NCBI GenBank assembly: GCA_043228905.1
Contig: JBHGNT010000012.1
Location: forward strand, 10,974,001 to 11,038,000
DNA: 64,000 nt
Source of the DNA: Azolla caroliniana
Lineage: Eukaryota > Plantae > Polypodiophyta
Reading direction: 5' to 3'
The position numbers and the translations under genes were made by a program. Below are positions 53,101 through 64,000 of the stretch, piece by piece (the first letter of the stretch is position 1; each line of letters begins with the position of its first letter). The notes under the pieces were generated by a model. It made no database searches. It was not told the origin of the DNA and saw nothing but the letters and a program-made list of their open reading frames with translations.

Positions 53101-54987
53101 GCTCATCAAGTCTATTAGTCTCACATTGTAAACTAATGACACATGCCTCGAGAGCACTTTGAGATTGCTGAAGTTCAGTCATCTTTTGAGCGGTGAAACT
53201 AAGGTATTGGGTTATTTGTGAAAAATACATCTCAATGGACATTTGTCCAGGAGGATTTCCTTGAGTTCCTTCTGCTTGAGCGGATGACATCGGGTCGTTA
53301 TTTTGAGCCATTGATTGATTATTTCTGGCAAAGAAATAGGATAAGGTCAGACCAATAGTCATAACATCATGTCGTGATGTAAACATATCATGGTCAAACA
53401 TTAATCGATATCATGATGTCACGTCAATACCCCTCTAGACTTATGAGATGAGGTTCAAGATCAGGATGGTAACACAAAGGTGTTTTAAAAACCATGGGGG
53501 TGACAATTTAATGTATTTCCCTGATCTCTATATCGATTTTTGCATGGCGGCTCCCCGAGACTCAACCATGTATGTTCGCGTCACGAATAGTTTATACACG
53601 AAAAAAATGTTAACAATAAACTATGTTTCAGTGCCCACATATGTGGTTTCGGCTCTTTAAGTCCTATTACGAGGACCCCGAAATGCACTTAGACCTCAAG
53701 TCTAAACATGTGTTATAGTCATATGTATCAACAATGTTGTACGGTCTTGGTTATATTTGAACTCGAGACCTTGAGAACAAATGCATTAAACACTTGAGCT
53801 AACCAATTAGGTTGCTCTTTTTGAATGTTTCATGTTTAATGTGTATAAGAGATATGCAAGGCATTTGCCCATATATATTTCTTTAAAGGAAACATATATG
53901 TCAAGAGTCCTTATTTCCCCCTCGATTACCACAAACTTTGTTGGTACGTTACCTAACCTCCAGTCTCATCATTACGATGGCATATGCCAAAATGTAACCT
54001 AATGGTCAACCCAAATGAGCCCTCTTTTCGTAGTAGGCCCACTTGGCCCATCAAATGGTTACATCATTACGAATGCCTTTCGTAAGAATGAGCACATGGT
54101 GGCATCATATCCATGTAATGAGGGAGGGATGTTGGATATGTCTGTCATAGGGGCGACCTCACATCAAGTGGGTCAAGCCCTATGTTCTCAACACCATTGT
54201 GGCTAATATTGTTTCATTACATAACGAAATCAAAGTCACCAACGGGGATGTCAACAATAAAAATTTGTTGAAAAAGGAATGATGACCACGCCATTTTCAC
54301 AAAAATGTGAGGACGACCACCAAGATCATTTTCCCGATAAGGACAACATTCGATAGAAATAACGTAATATCAAATATACATGTATGTTTACTTATCACAT
54401 ATATACGATCAAATACGTATACACGTGACCACATATGTGTACATTAAACAAATCGTTACATCAAATAGCCAAAAATGATTTAATCGAGATACGTAATCGA
54501 GGCATATACCCTCTATGCACACGAAACATCCTAAAATAAGGGTTCATCATGATACGCATTTGAGGTATTCACCTCTTACGCATACGAGACCAAATGCATA
54601 TCATTTACAACAAAATCGAGGTATTGACCTCGCACGCATACGTAACATATGTATGTGAGCGTAATACGCAATTGAGGTATTAACCTCATGCGCACACGAC
54701 ATTAATCACATATTCAATATATGTTAAATGAGGTATTGACCTTGTGCACATATGTAAACGTTCTATATAACCAATAAATTACCACTACAACATCATTGAA
54801 TTAATGGAAAAAAAATTACATATGACCATATACATGACTAGAAGAGAGAAGAAAAAATAGAAAAAAAAAACAAGAAAGATTACCGAAGTTCCTTTGTTGA
54901 TTGTTGTTTGGAACAAGGTCGACCGCACGTTGATCGATCGCCATCCATCAAGAAGACAAAATCAACAAAAGAAACATTAGAACATGA

Positions 54988-55059
54988 GCTCTAATACCAA
55001 CTATTAGAGATATGTACTAATGTAAGCAAAGGATAAGGATAAACGATAGATCTAGATAG

Positions 55060-55101
<42 letters not shown>

Positions 55102-55480
55102 AGGGTGTCGATCCACCTGACCACCCCCAAGCGAAGGGATCAAGACGGACTCAAGCCTCAATCGGCGTCCCATACCACCGTCGTGGCATCGAGTCGTGCC
55201 TGGTGCTAGCACGCTCGCTACAAGAGTTGACCCACCACAAGAACAGAGTCTCGACGTAGTCAATAGATGATGAAATGAGGGTAGCTAGGCCTCTTATTTA
55301 TAGTGATACCCAAGGCCCCCAGGCAAGTTCACACTTGGCCTAATGGGTTGTCTCAATCCCGAGGATTAAAAGTAATCCGCCCCTTCTTTACACTCTCGTT
55401 TAACCCTCATACTTATCCACGTGTATAGAATACTACGGTAAATTCTCACCACGGGATATTATATGGTCATGCCCGTAACA
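54988..55480 (-). mobile_element. Degenerate PBS-Met and LTR (~55002-55463) with (GA)n; adjacent GAGGTATT.ACCTC repeats at 54490-54750
   Basis: GCTCTAATACCA at 54988-54999; minus-strand CTATAAATAAG. Confidence 0.55.
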
Positions 55481-55799
55481 GATTATATGTTCATCCTTCT
55501 TGGTGGGATTTGAGTATCATGCTTCTCTAGTATGGCATCATACTTATTGCATCCACAAGGTTTTCTATGCATACCTTGTATATATTTAGACTAGGATAGT
55601 ATTGTATTGAATCTTGATACTGGTACTTTAGAGGGATGTATGTATGGGAATTTATTTTTACACGCTAATATGGAATCTTTCATGTGGAATCGAAATGTTA
55701 TAGGTGCCACTATTTCTGGTACTCTTTAGTAGTTATTTGCTATGTCTATTAACCTTGGAAATTCCAAATGGTGTCCAATGCTTCCTACAAAATTGAAAA

Positions 55800-56120
55800 T
55801 GTGTATGTGTTATTGTGTCATTTCTTCTTGTGTTGGTTGATGATCCATAGATAGTAGTATTCCATGGTAGAAAGTCAAAGAACCAAGAAAATGCCCAAAT
55901 TATGAAAGCTAAATTTACATGGAACATGAGTGAATTACATACTATTGTGAATAGAGTGAATGAGTGAGTTTGAAAATGTGAATGTGTCATTGTGTCATTT
56001 CTTCTTGTGTTGGCTCATGATCCATAGGTAGAGTATTCCATGGTATAAATAAAGTCAAAGAATCAAGAAAAAGCCCAAATTACGAGAGTTAACTTTACTT
56101 GGAACATGAGTGAATTGCAT
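55800..56120. repeat. ~180-bp diverged tandem duplication
   Basis: TGTGTCATTTCTTCTTGTGTTGG...GGAACATGAGTGAATT occurs twice. Confidence 0.8.
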
Positions 56121-56702
56121 ATTAAAGTGACAATCAACATAGCCCAAATGGTAAGAACTAACTATACTTGAACAAAAATGTTAAGGGCAGGATGCGGATT
56201 AGAAGGATCATAGGGTAAAAGATCTACAATTGCAAAAGACGAGAATTCATCACGTTGTAACCTATAAAGACGAGAATTCAATACCACTATTATGACCTCC
56301 TTAAATGTAAATGAAGTGTAAAGTGAATAACCAAATGTCGAAAGCCTAACAAAGAAAGAAATCAAAGAAGAAAAAAACGAAAGAGAAAGAATTCAAAGAA
56401 GAAAAGGTTTTGAACTATAAACCTAACAAATCTTAGAAATAACTCTTACCACTATGCTTTTTAGTTTAGTATACTGGTCCCAAGAAAGTAACCGTTGGTG
56501 ACATTTTGCTATCGCCTTCCGTCAAGATTATTGATGATTCACAATACATAGTTACTATCGTCCAACCAATATCTCTAAACATTGAATCGAAGATCGAGAA
56601 TGTTTGTGGATATCGTACAGAAGATTTTAAAGGATACCAAGAAGGAGAAATCCCTGTTGGTGCTATAATTATTGTTTTTTCTTTATTACTTTTATTTTTT
56701 TG

Positions 56703-57020
56703 AGAGTCGGGTTCCTACCCAGTGTTGGTCGGGCTCCTGGTGACAAAGACTGTCAGACAGCGGAGGAGGGCTCCTTTTGACAGAGTTGGGCTCTTGGTGT
56801 TAAAGGCTGTCAAACAACGGGGCTCCTTATGACAGAGTCGAGCTCCTAGTGGTAGAGGTTGTCAGAGAGTCGGGCTCTTGGTGACGGACGTTGTTAGCTT
56901 TTTATCCAGATTGGACGGTGGAGATCGCACGCGCCATCAGTTGAGCGACCTGCACCGTCCGTGCCCACGATTCCCTCACTTGCCCTCTTTAATTTTTGGT
57001 AGTAGTTAGACACGAGCGTA
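56703..57020 (-). repeat. Right terminal inverted repeat with subterminal repeats
   Basis: Inverted match to 8777-9040. Confidence 0.88.
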
Positions 57021-57629
57021 TGTATGTATGTACATATGTCATTCATGTTGTGTTTCCATTGTCCAACAGAAAGAAGACAGAAAGGCGAATCAAAAAATCA
57101 GATCAAAAGTGAAGTCAATGAATGAATGAATGAAGGAATATATGAGATCGTTGGTGGATGCCATTAGGGGTTTCACAGCCCTCCCTCCTCTCCCTCCCTC
57201 AGACAGACACAGACACAGGTAGATCAGATAGATAGATAGATAGATAGATAGATCAGAGAAAGGGTTTGCTTCCTTCTACTACTACACGCTCGCTCCTCTT
57301 TCTTCTTCCTCCTCCTCCTCCTCCTCCTCAATCCCAATTCCATCTCTCCGTTTCTTTTACCGCTGCATTCAATTTTAGATTCCAAAAAGGTCATTAAAGA
57401 AGCTGAGCTGAAGAAAAAGGGGATCAAGCTGGCTTTAGATTATTACCTTGCTTCTCTGTGCTCCATTCTCTGTGGAAACCTAATAGAAGAACGGAGGGTA
57501 GATGAAGATAGACCACAGAAGAAGAAGAAGAAGAAGAAGACGAAGACGGCACTAGGTGATAGAAGAAGGGATGAAGAAGAAGACAGTGAAGAAGAAGAAG
57601 AAGAAGAAGAAGAAGAAGAAAATGATTCG

Positions 57630-60600
57630 ATGGATGGTGTCATTCGGAAGGGGGTTCCCACTCATGCCGGTCTTTTCTCACTGTATGACGTCTATGGGGA
57701 CCCGTTTGAAATCACTACAAAATATCGCCCACCCATCGAGGCCCTTGGTAGAGGCGCTTATGGCATTGTTTGGTACAGTATTCTGATCACATTCCTATTC
57801 TATCATTTTTCCTATTTCTTTTTTGCCTTGTTGTTAACTGAAAACCTCTGATTCCATGTTTCTCCAAATGCCCTTAGGGTTTCCGTTATTTCACAGAATG
57901 CGAATGCTTAATCCTAGATCTACCTTATCATGATCGGATCTAAGAAACGTATTAATTTAATAAATCCTAATTAGCAATGTTGGTAGTACCAAAACATACT
58001 GCATTATGAATTCTTCTTGCACATGATAAGGTTTATGATCTACCTTACATCAGGATCCGGGATCCCAACATCCAGCAAAAAACAATCAATGTTATTAATC
58101 CAAAATAGCGATATGATTATAAAAATATATCATTTGAATCTGCCTTGCCAATGATAAAGCTTATCTAAGGATCTAGGATCCCAACATACATCTGAGGAAA
58201 GCAGACAATAATTTCTTTACAAAAGAAAAAAGAATGGAGAAGCATGTGCACGGGCTCAATGGCTCAGGTGACTCTAGGCAATTTATTGAGATTGTCCCTC
58301 ATCCCTTACCTTCTGGGAGTTGTACTAGTTGTATCTTTTCTCAAATGAACCTGATCATGGAAAGTTGTAAATGTCGATTTTGTCTTCTGAGTTATCTTTT
58401 AGTTGCAACTCTTCATCTGAACTTATACACTGCGTGATGGCTGCCCCAAGGATGATAAGATTGTGTGTCCCATATCTTCCAGTTTCACCCTTTTCGTGAA
58501 TTCTGCTATGCTAGCCTCATGGGCTCTCCACTGTCTCGTGGTCATCAAACTAGAATTGAGGTTCAAGCCTCGGTTTATAAGTAACTGGATACACTGCCAT
58601 GTCCACACTTGTTCATTCAAAAGCTCTCCTCCACTATGATCTTAAGGCAGGTCCCCCCTGCTACAACATGGTAAACAGTTTCCGTCTCAAGGTTTTTAGA
58701 TATTTTATCAGATTGACTACAATCTCAATGCCAGATAGTGGAAACAAGAGTATGAGAGAACATGTGTATAAACTGAGGTTAATCATACCATCCACTGTCC
58801 ATGCTGATAAATTGTAGTCTACAACCCAGTGTTTCAAATTAAAAAATATCCATCAAAACGTTGGGGATGATAAAGATAACATTTGCACCTTTAAGGTTCT
58901 TTAAATATTAAAGTCATTTGGAGCACTTAAGTAGAAGATGGTGGTATTGGCTGAAAGTTTAGAGAAAGACAAGTGCATACTCAAGCATCTGGGTCTTTAG
59001 AATTCTTACTAATGGTATTAGTCTTAAGAATTCTTACTAATAACAAATACTTAATTGCTTGAAAAAGTTGGTGATTTTTATGGTAGTTGGTTACCTAGCA
59101 AGTAGAATGATTGGGCATTCAAGTAACATTTTCCCTAACCACAAAGCCTATGGTACAATCATAGAACGTAATATTCGTGTTCGTGGAGGCATTCAAACGT
59201 TTGAAAACGTACACGTTTGAAAGGGGAAAAATACGTGCTCCTTTTTTTTTTTCTTTTTTTCATTTGTTTACATTGCAAATTTAGCCCATAATATAGACCA
59301 TAGTTAATCCAATCAAACGTGTCAAACCAATCCAACTTTTAGTTGATTTACCATTCACGTTTTATTGAATCAAACGCGAATGCGAATGCGCGTATGATAC
59401 GTATGGTTCATTCTATGGGTACAATACAGCTAAGACAAGGCAATCCTTAAGCTTGTGTTGCCAATAAGACATGACTAGTCAACCTCGTTATGCAAATTTG
59501 AAGGAATGCCCAATTGCCTGTTAAAACCCTGATTTTCGTGGAAGTTGTAACCTAGCTGAAGACTGGTTAGCCATTCAACTAGCTTTTTCCCTGAACACAA
59601 AGTTTATAGTACAACACAGTTAAGACAAGTTAAAATTGCCGTTAAAACCCTAGCAGGAAACATGAAATTCAAAAAAAAGATGTAATTCCAGCCATAACAA
59701 TTCGACATTGGAAAGGTTATCCCCTTTATTGCGGTAAAAAAGCCATTTGAATGTGTGCGTTTGACCAGGTTAAAGCTTCTCACCGGCGTAATCCTTTGTT
59801 TGAGGTACTTTTGCTTTTCCTTGCTTTATTTGTTAGATCCTATGCTTTCACTAACATACATTTAGTAGTACCTTTACTTGAATGCTTTTCGGTTGTGCAT
59901 CCTAAGTGCTTTCGTATGTGTGTGTAGAGTATGAGTGTGAGAGCATATGTGCTTTTATATGTTTTCTAATGTGTGCATGTGACTATGTAAAGGTTCTTAC
60001 TGCAATATGGAGTATTTTGGAAAAACTATTTGAGTAAAGGTATTACTAAAATGTATGTTAGTGGAACCATAGGGTTCAAAAATTAAAGTAAGGAAAAGCA
60101 AAAGAGCCTAAATCAAGATACTATTAAAATGTATGTTAGTGAAAGCATAGGTTCCGAACAGGATAAATCCAAAGCAAAAGAAAGGAAAACAAAAATGATG
60201 TAAAACCTAAATCTAAGGTTTTCAGAGCCTAGTAAGAGGGCACTTGTGGCCTTAAATGGGGCGAGCTCACAATGAAACAAGAAGAGAGGAAGCACTGAGA
60301 AAACGACAACATGTCAAAAGTGCTAGCTGAAGGGGGAGATAGAAAGAAGCAAATGAAAGCGTTGTTCAGTGGTTATTCTTTATGATTTGTATTGCTACAT
60401 TGTAGCTTCAAAATCTTGTCCTGCAAGTGAAAGGCTGTTTTTAATGATCCCATTTTAAATATTGAGAAATGAGGAATACATATCTTTGGAAGTAGATCCC
60501 TTTTCTCATTTTGGATTTTGTGCATACTAGTTGAACATCAATTGCTGTGATTTTAAATTAATGTTAATTGCTCATATGCTCTTATATACAAAACATGGAA

Positions 60601-62933
60601 TGGATATCCAAGTACTCTGGTATTTTTATCTCTGTGCATGAGCGATAATATAATACAACTAATTGTTCGAACATAATCTTGTTTGTTGGTTACAGCTCAG
60701 CATTTAACTCTGAAACTAATGAGTATGTTGCAATAAAGAAGATCGGCAATGTTCTCAGCAATAGAGTTGATGCCAAAAGAACTTATAGAGAAATAAAGCT
60801 TCTTCGCCATATGAAGCATGACAATGTTAGCCTTGTCCATTTCTGATTTAATGTGTCAATATCAACGTGTTATTATTATTGAGCTGTGGTCTCTGTGACA
60901 GATTATTGCAATCAAGGATATTTTGCCACCTCCTAATCGGCAAAAATTTGATGATGTTTATGTGGTGTATGAGCTTATGGATTCAGATCTTTTGCGGGTC
61001 GTAGAGTCCAAGCAAAGTTTGACGGAGGGACATTGTCGAGTAAGTTGTACACTCAGCTCTTATCGGTAGTTGTGAAGTGAAAATCAATGTTTGTAGTGCA
61101 TATTTTACTGTTTGTTCACCTTGAGGGAAGAATTAACTATTCGTCTTTTGTTTTGGATTGGTGTATGATATACCACATTATAAAAATGTCGTCTTGGAGA
61201 GTACTGTTTGCTTTCACTTTGGACTTACAAAAGTATTTGTATGTATTTTGTTAACAGTATTTCCTGTACCAAATTCTTAGAGGATTGAAATATATCCACT
61301 CTGCCAATGTTTTGCATAGAGACCTAAAGCCTGGTAATCTCTTCATAAATGCAAATTGTGAGCTGAAAATCGGTGACTTTGGATTGGCCCGAACATCATC
61401 AAGCTCGGAAGTAGACTTCAATATGACAGAGTACGTGGTGACTAGATGGTATAGAGCACCTGAATTGCTCTTAAATTCAGCTGACTATACTGCTGCCATT
61501 GATGTGTGGTCGGTTGGGTGTATCTTTATGGAGCTTTTCATTCATGAGCCATTGTTCCCAGGAAAGGATTATATGCATCAATTACGAACCATTGCAAAGG
61601 TTAGTATCACAATTCTTTGTAGCAGTTTTGACCCCTTCATTTTCTTCAGTTCGTTCTCTTTATATGATGACATTTCAAAGCAACAGTTGATTGGTGTACC
61701 GGATGAATCAAGCCTGAGCTTTGTCAAGAGTGAAAATGCGAGAAGATATCTTCGTGAATTACCACGCTATGAGAAACAATCTTTGCTGGAAAAATTCCCC
61801 ACGGTGCCTCCTTTGGCTCTAGATCTTGTTGAGAATATGCTGAAATTTGATCCGGCTAAGAGAATCACAGGTATATTCACATTTATTGATCCAGTGGTCT
61901 TCTAATGCTAATTCATGTTGTGGTATTAATGCGGAATACTGGTTGTAGTTAGGATTGCTTTTGGGATCTTTTCCATGGGGATAATGAGGATTGGGTTTGT
62001 GCACATTTTCACTAGTGCTAGTTATACAAAAGTAATACTGTAACTTGAATAATAATTTTCCAGGGAACAACTCCCAAAAGTAATACCCTGATTTTTAATT
62101 TATTTCCAAAATGCCCCTGAAGCGTTGTTGAATTCGTCAAATACCCAGTCAACACCCAAAAGAGAGAAAAAGGGGACAGATTAACCATATAATTACAACT
62201 AGCACATGTAAGCGAGAAAGATGCAATGAAATGACCATATAATTGCTCAAGAAAAGTTCAACTGGGCATTTGGGGAAGTAACTGAAACGTAGAGGTATTT
62301 TGGGAAATATTATTTCGTATTTTTTCCCTAATTCAATTACTCACAGTTCCAACAATACCAATGGTAATTCATCTTGAGTATTAACACATTGGAATTCTTG
62401 TCACTGTGATTAGTTTGTGGAGATTCTATGTGCAAGTAACTAGTATTGGGGTTTATGCAAATATCCAAAAATATTCATTAATAACTGCAATGATACGAAT
62501 AATAATCTCAATATCCCCAACAAATACCAACTGTAACTCATCTGTGTATCAACATGGATTGCCTATTGACTTTATTGGAATTATGATTTATTTGTGTGGG
62601 ATCGAGCTGGGATGCGATGGTCATTACTGCAGTCACTTTTCATGTTTAAGTATCCAAAAAGCAGATCATAATTACAAATAATAGGAATTCCAACTGTAGC
62701 AATGGTGGCTCATATTATTCTTGATGTACTTTTTACTATGTTATATTTTTTTGTCTTCAGTGGAAGATGCCCTTGCTCATCCTTACCTAGCATCTATCCA
62801 TGACGTGTCTAATGAGCCCATCTGTCCCAAACCCTTCAATTTCGATATTGAAGAAGATCGACTAACAGAGAATCAAATTCGAGATCTGATCTACCAGGAA
62901 GCCTTGTATTTTAATCCAAAGTTCCGGCAATAA
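57630..62933 (+). CDS. MPK: TEY-type mitogen-activated protein kinase (group A/B-like). Exons 57630-57772, 60696-60825, 60902-61039, 61258-61599, 61687-61870, 62761-62933; the start may lie further upstream (57158)
   Basis: [41 protein letters not shown]; GT-AG introns in matching phases; 130/138/184-bp internal exons typical of plant MPK3/4/6-type genes. Confidence 0.96.
59160..59417. mobile_element. hAT-type MITE (258 bp) in MAPK intron
   Basis: 8-bp TSD GGTACAAT; termini CATAGAA...TTCTATG. Confidence 0.82.
62060..62330. mobile_element. Possible degenerate MITE in the last MAPK intron
   Basis: Imperfect inverted repeats (TTCCAAAATGCCCCT / AGAGGTATTTTGGGAA; AGGGAA / TTCCCT); no clear TSD. 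Confidence 0.35.
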
Positions 62934-63320
62934 TGCAAGCTCATTGTAAAAGAATGACCATTATTTTTACATACTACGATATATTACTAGATTTTGCGTT
63001 GGTTTTTCAGTTTTTTTTTCAATAGAATTGATGAAAATATTTGTATCATTATTTTTATGTGATTTACACTCATTCTTATCTAGGTTTGAAATTGTCTAGT
63101 TTGTTTGTTATATTCTATGATGGGGGTTCTAAGTGTTGAGTCAATATTCTGTTGAGCTTTAATAATCTACATTTTTGCATTTAAAAAGTATTTAGGTAGA
63201 TATCAAGCTTCTGATTATAAGTGGGGTGTGATTTTCAATCTTGTTATTGGTTATGTTGGGTTCTACAATCTGTGTCATAGTTTTTAGCAAAAGGAGGTTC
63301 AGTCAGGACAAGCTTTGTAC

Positions 63321-63790
63321 TACACACCAGATTATGCTGCTATAGAAGAAAGCATGGTTACCAATCCTGAAATTTCCCCTCTAGCCAGAAGTGATGGAGA
63401 ACAAAAGAATGTTATCAATGTGTTGGAAAAGACATGGGGACAGCGCCCAAGATTAAGAATCCCAACCAGAGGAGATTTTGATGCATAATTCCTTACCGTC
63501 TGCGTTTTGATGATTGGTTGTTCTGTTAGTGACTATGGCCAACAAAATGTATATGCTACTGTACACCACAATATGTTGATATAGAAGAAGGCATAGTTAC
63601 CACTTCTGAAATTTCCCCTTAAGCCAGAAGTGACATGGAGAACCAAAGAATATTATCAATTTGTTTTTGAAAGGACTTGGTGCCCAAGATTAAGAGTTCC
63701 AACCAGAGGAGATTTTCATGAATAATTCCTTCAGCTGTCTTCATTTTGATGATTGTTTCTTTTGTTAGTGAGTGTGGCCAACAAAAACTA
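63321..63790 (+). repeat. ~240-bp diverged tandem duplication downstream of MAPK
   Basis: 63321-63560 aligns with 63563-63790. Confidence 0.85.
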
Positions 63791-64000
63791 TATGTAGCAG
63801 TTTCTTTGATGGTAATTGAAACTCAACTGAGATTGCATAGGTGTGCCTGAAGGGAAATCATGCTCCTATTTATTCCCAAACTGTAATTTGGTGAGATATA
63901 TGCTGCACAAATTTTGCCATGCCAAAAAGGTACTAGTGTCGTGTACATCAAGAATCATTGAACCATAAGAAGAATTGTACCTCGGTTAATGTAGAAAGCG

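Larger units (their letters stand above)
45348..53401 (-). mobile_element. Degenerate Ty3/Gypsy (chromovirus-like RT) gag-pro-RT, split by the Copia at 46740-52632
   Basis: [29 protein letters not shown]; protease LVDSRSS; gag rejoins as DPKSF|EEAV across the insertion. Confidence 0.88.
8777..57020. mobile_element. Putative giant Mutator-like element (~48 kb including nested insertions) delimited by long TIRs
   Basis: About 157 bp ungapped inverted match (~87% by eye) between 8777-8933 and 56864-57020; both ends flanked by same-strand (TATG)n; MULE transposase C-terminus next to the left TIR. Confidence 0.65.

Noticed and set aside
53749-53805. Second tRNA-like/SINE head on minus strand
   Set aside because: Only degenerate A and B boxes, with no cloverleaf, tail or TSD

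Overview
Land-plant nuclear DNA; a non-seed lineage is only a guess from the TE types. There are two host genes, arranged head-to-head. One is a minus-strand protein-only RNase P gene (PRORP; exons from ~8621 down to 4689, with the 3' exons apparently beyond the left edge past an intronic Copia). The other is a plus-strand TEY-type MAP kinase (~57158/57630-62933). Between their 5' ends lie ~48 kb bounded by long inverted repeats (8777.. and ..57020) set in a (TATG)n tract. This looks like one Mutator-like element inflated by several layers of nested Ty1/Copia and Ty3/Gypsy elements, solo LTRs and a decayed MULE/SWIM transposase. Most notable signals: (1) a conserved G_GAU_UUU slippery site plus a covarying H-type pseudoknot between protease and RT in two diverged tRNA-Trp-primed Gypsy copies, a candidate programmed -1 frameshift; (2) the giant TIR-bounded insertion splitting a probable bidirectional promoter; (3) a PRORP transit-peptide-like exon beginning at ATA in Kozak context, upstream of an NLS-bearing AUG start; (4) a MAPK with a sevenmaker-like CD-domain D->N change and a poly-K/poly-E N-terminal extension. 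All alignments, identities and structures were read by eye; no searches were run.
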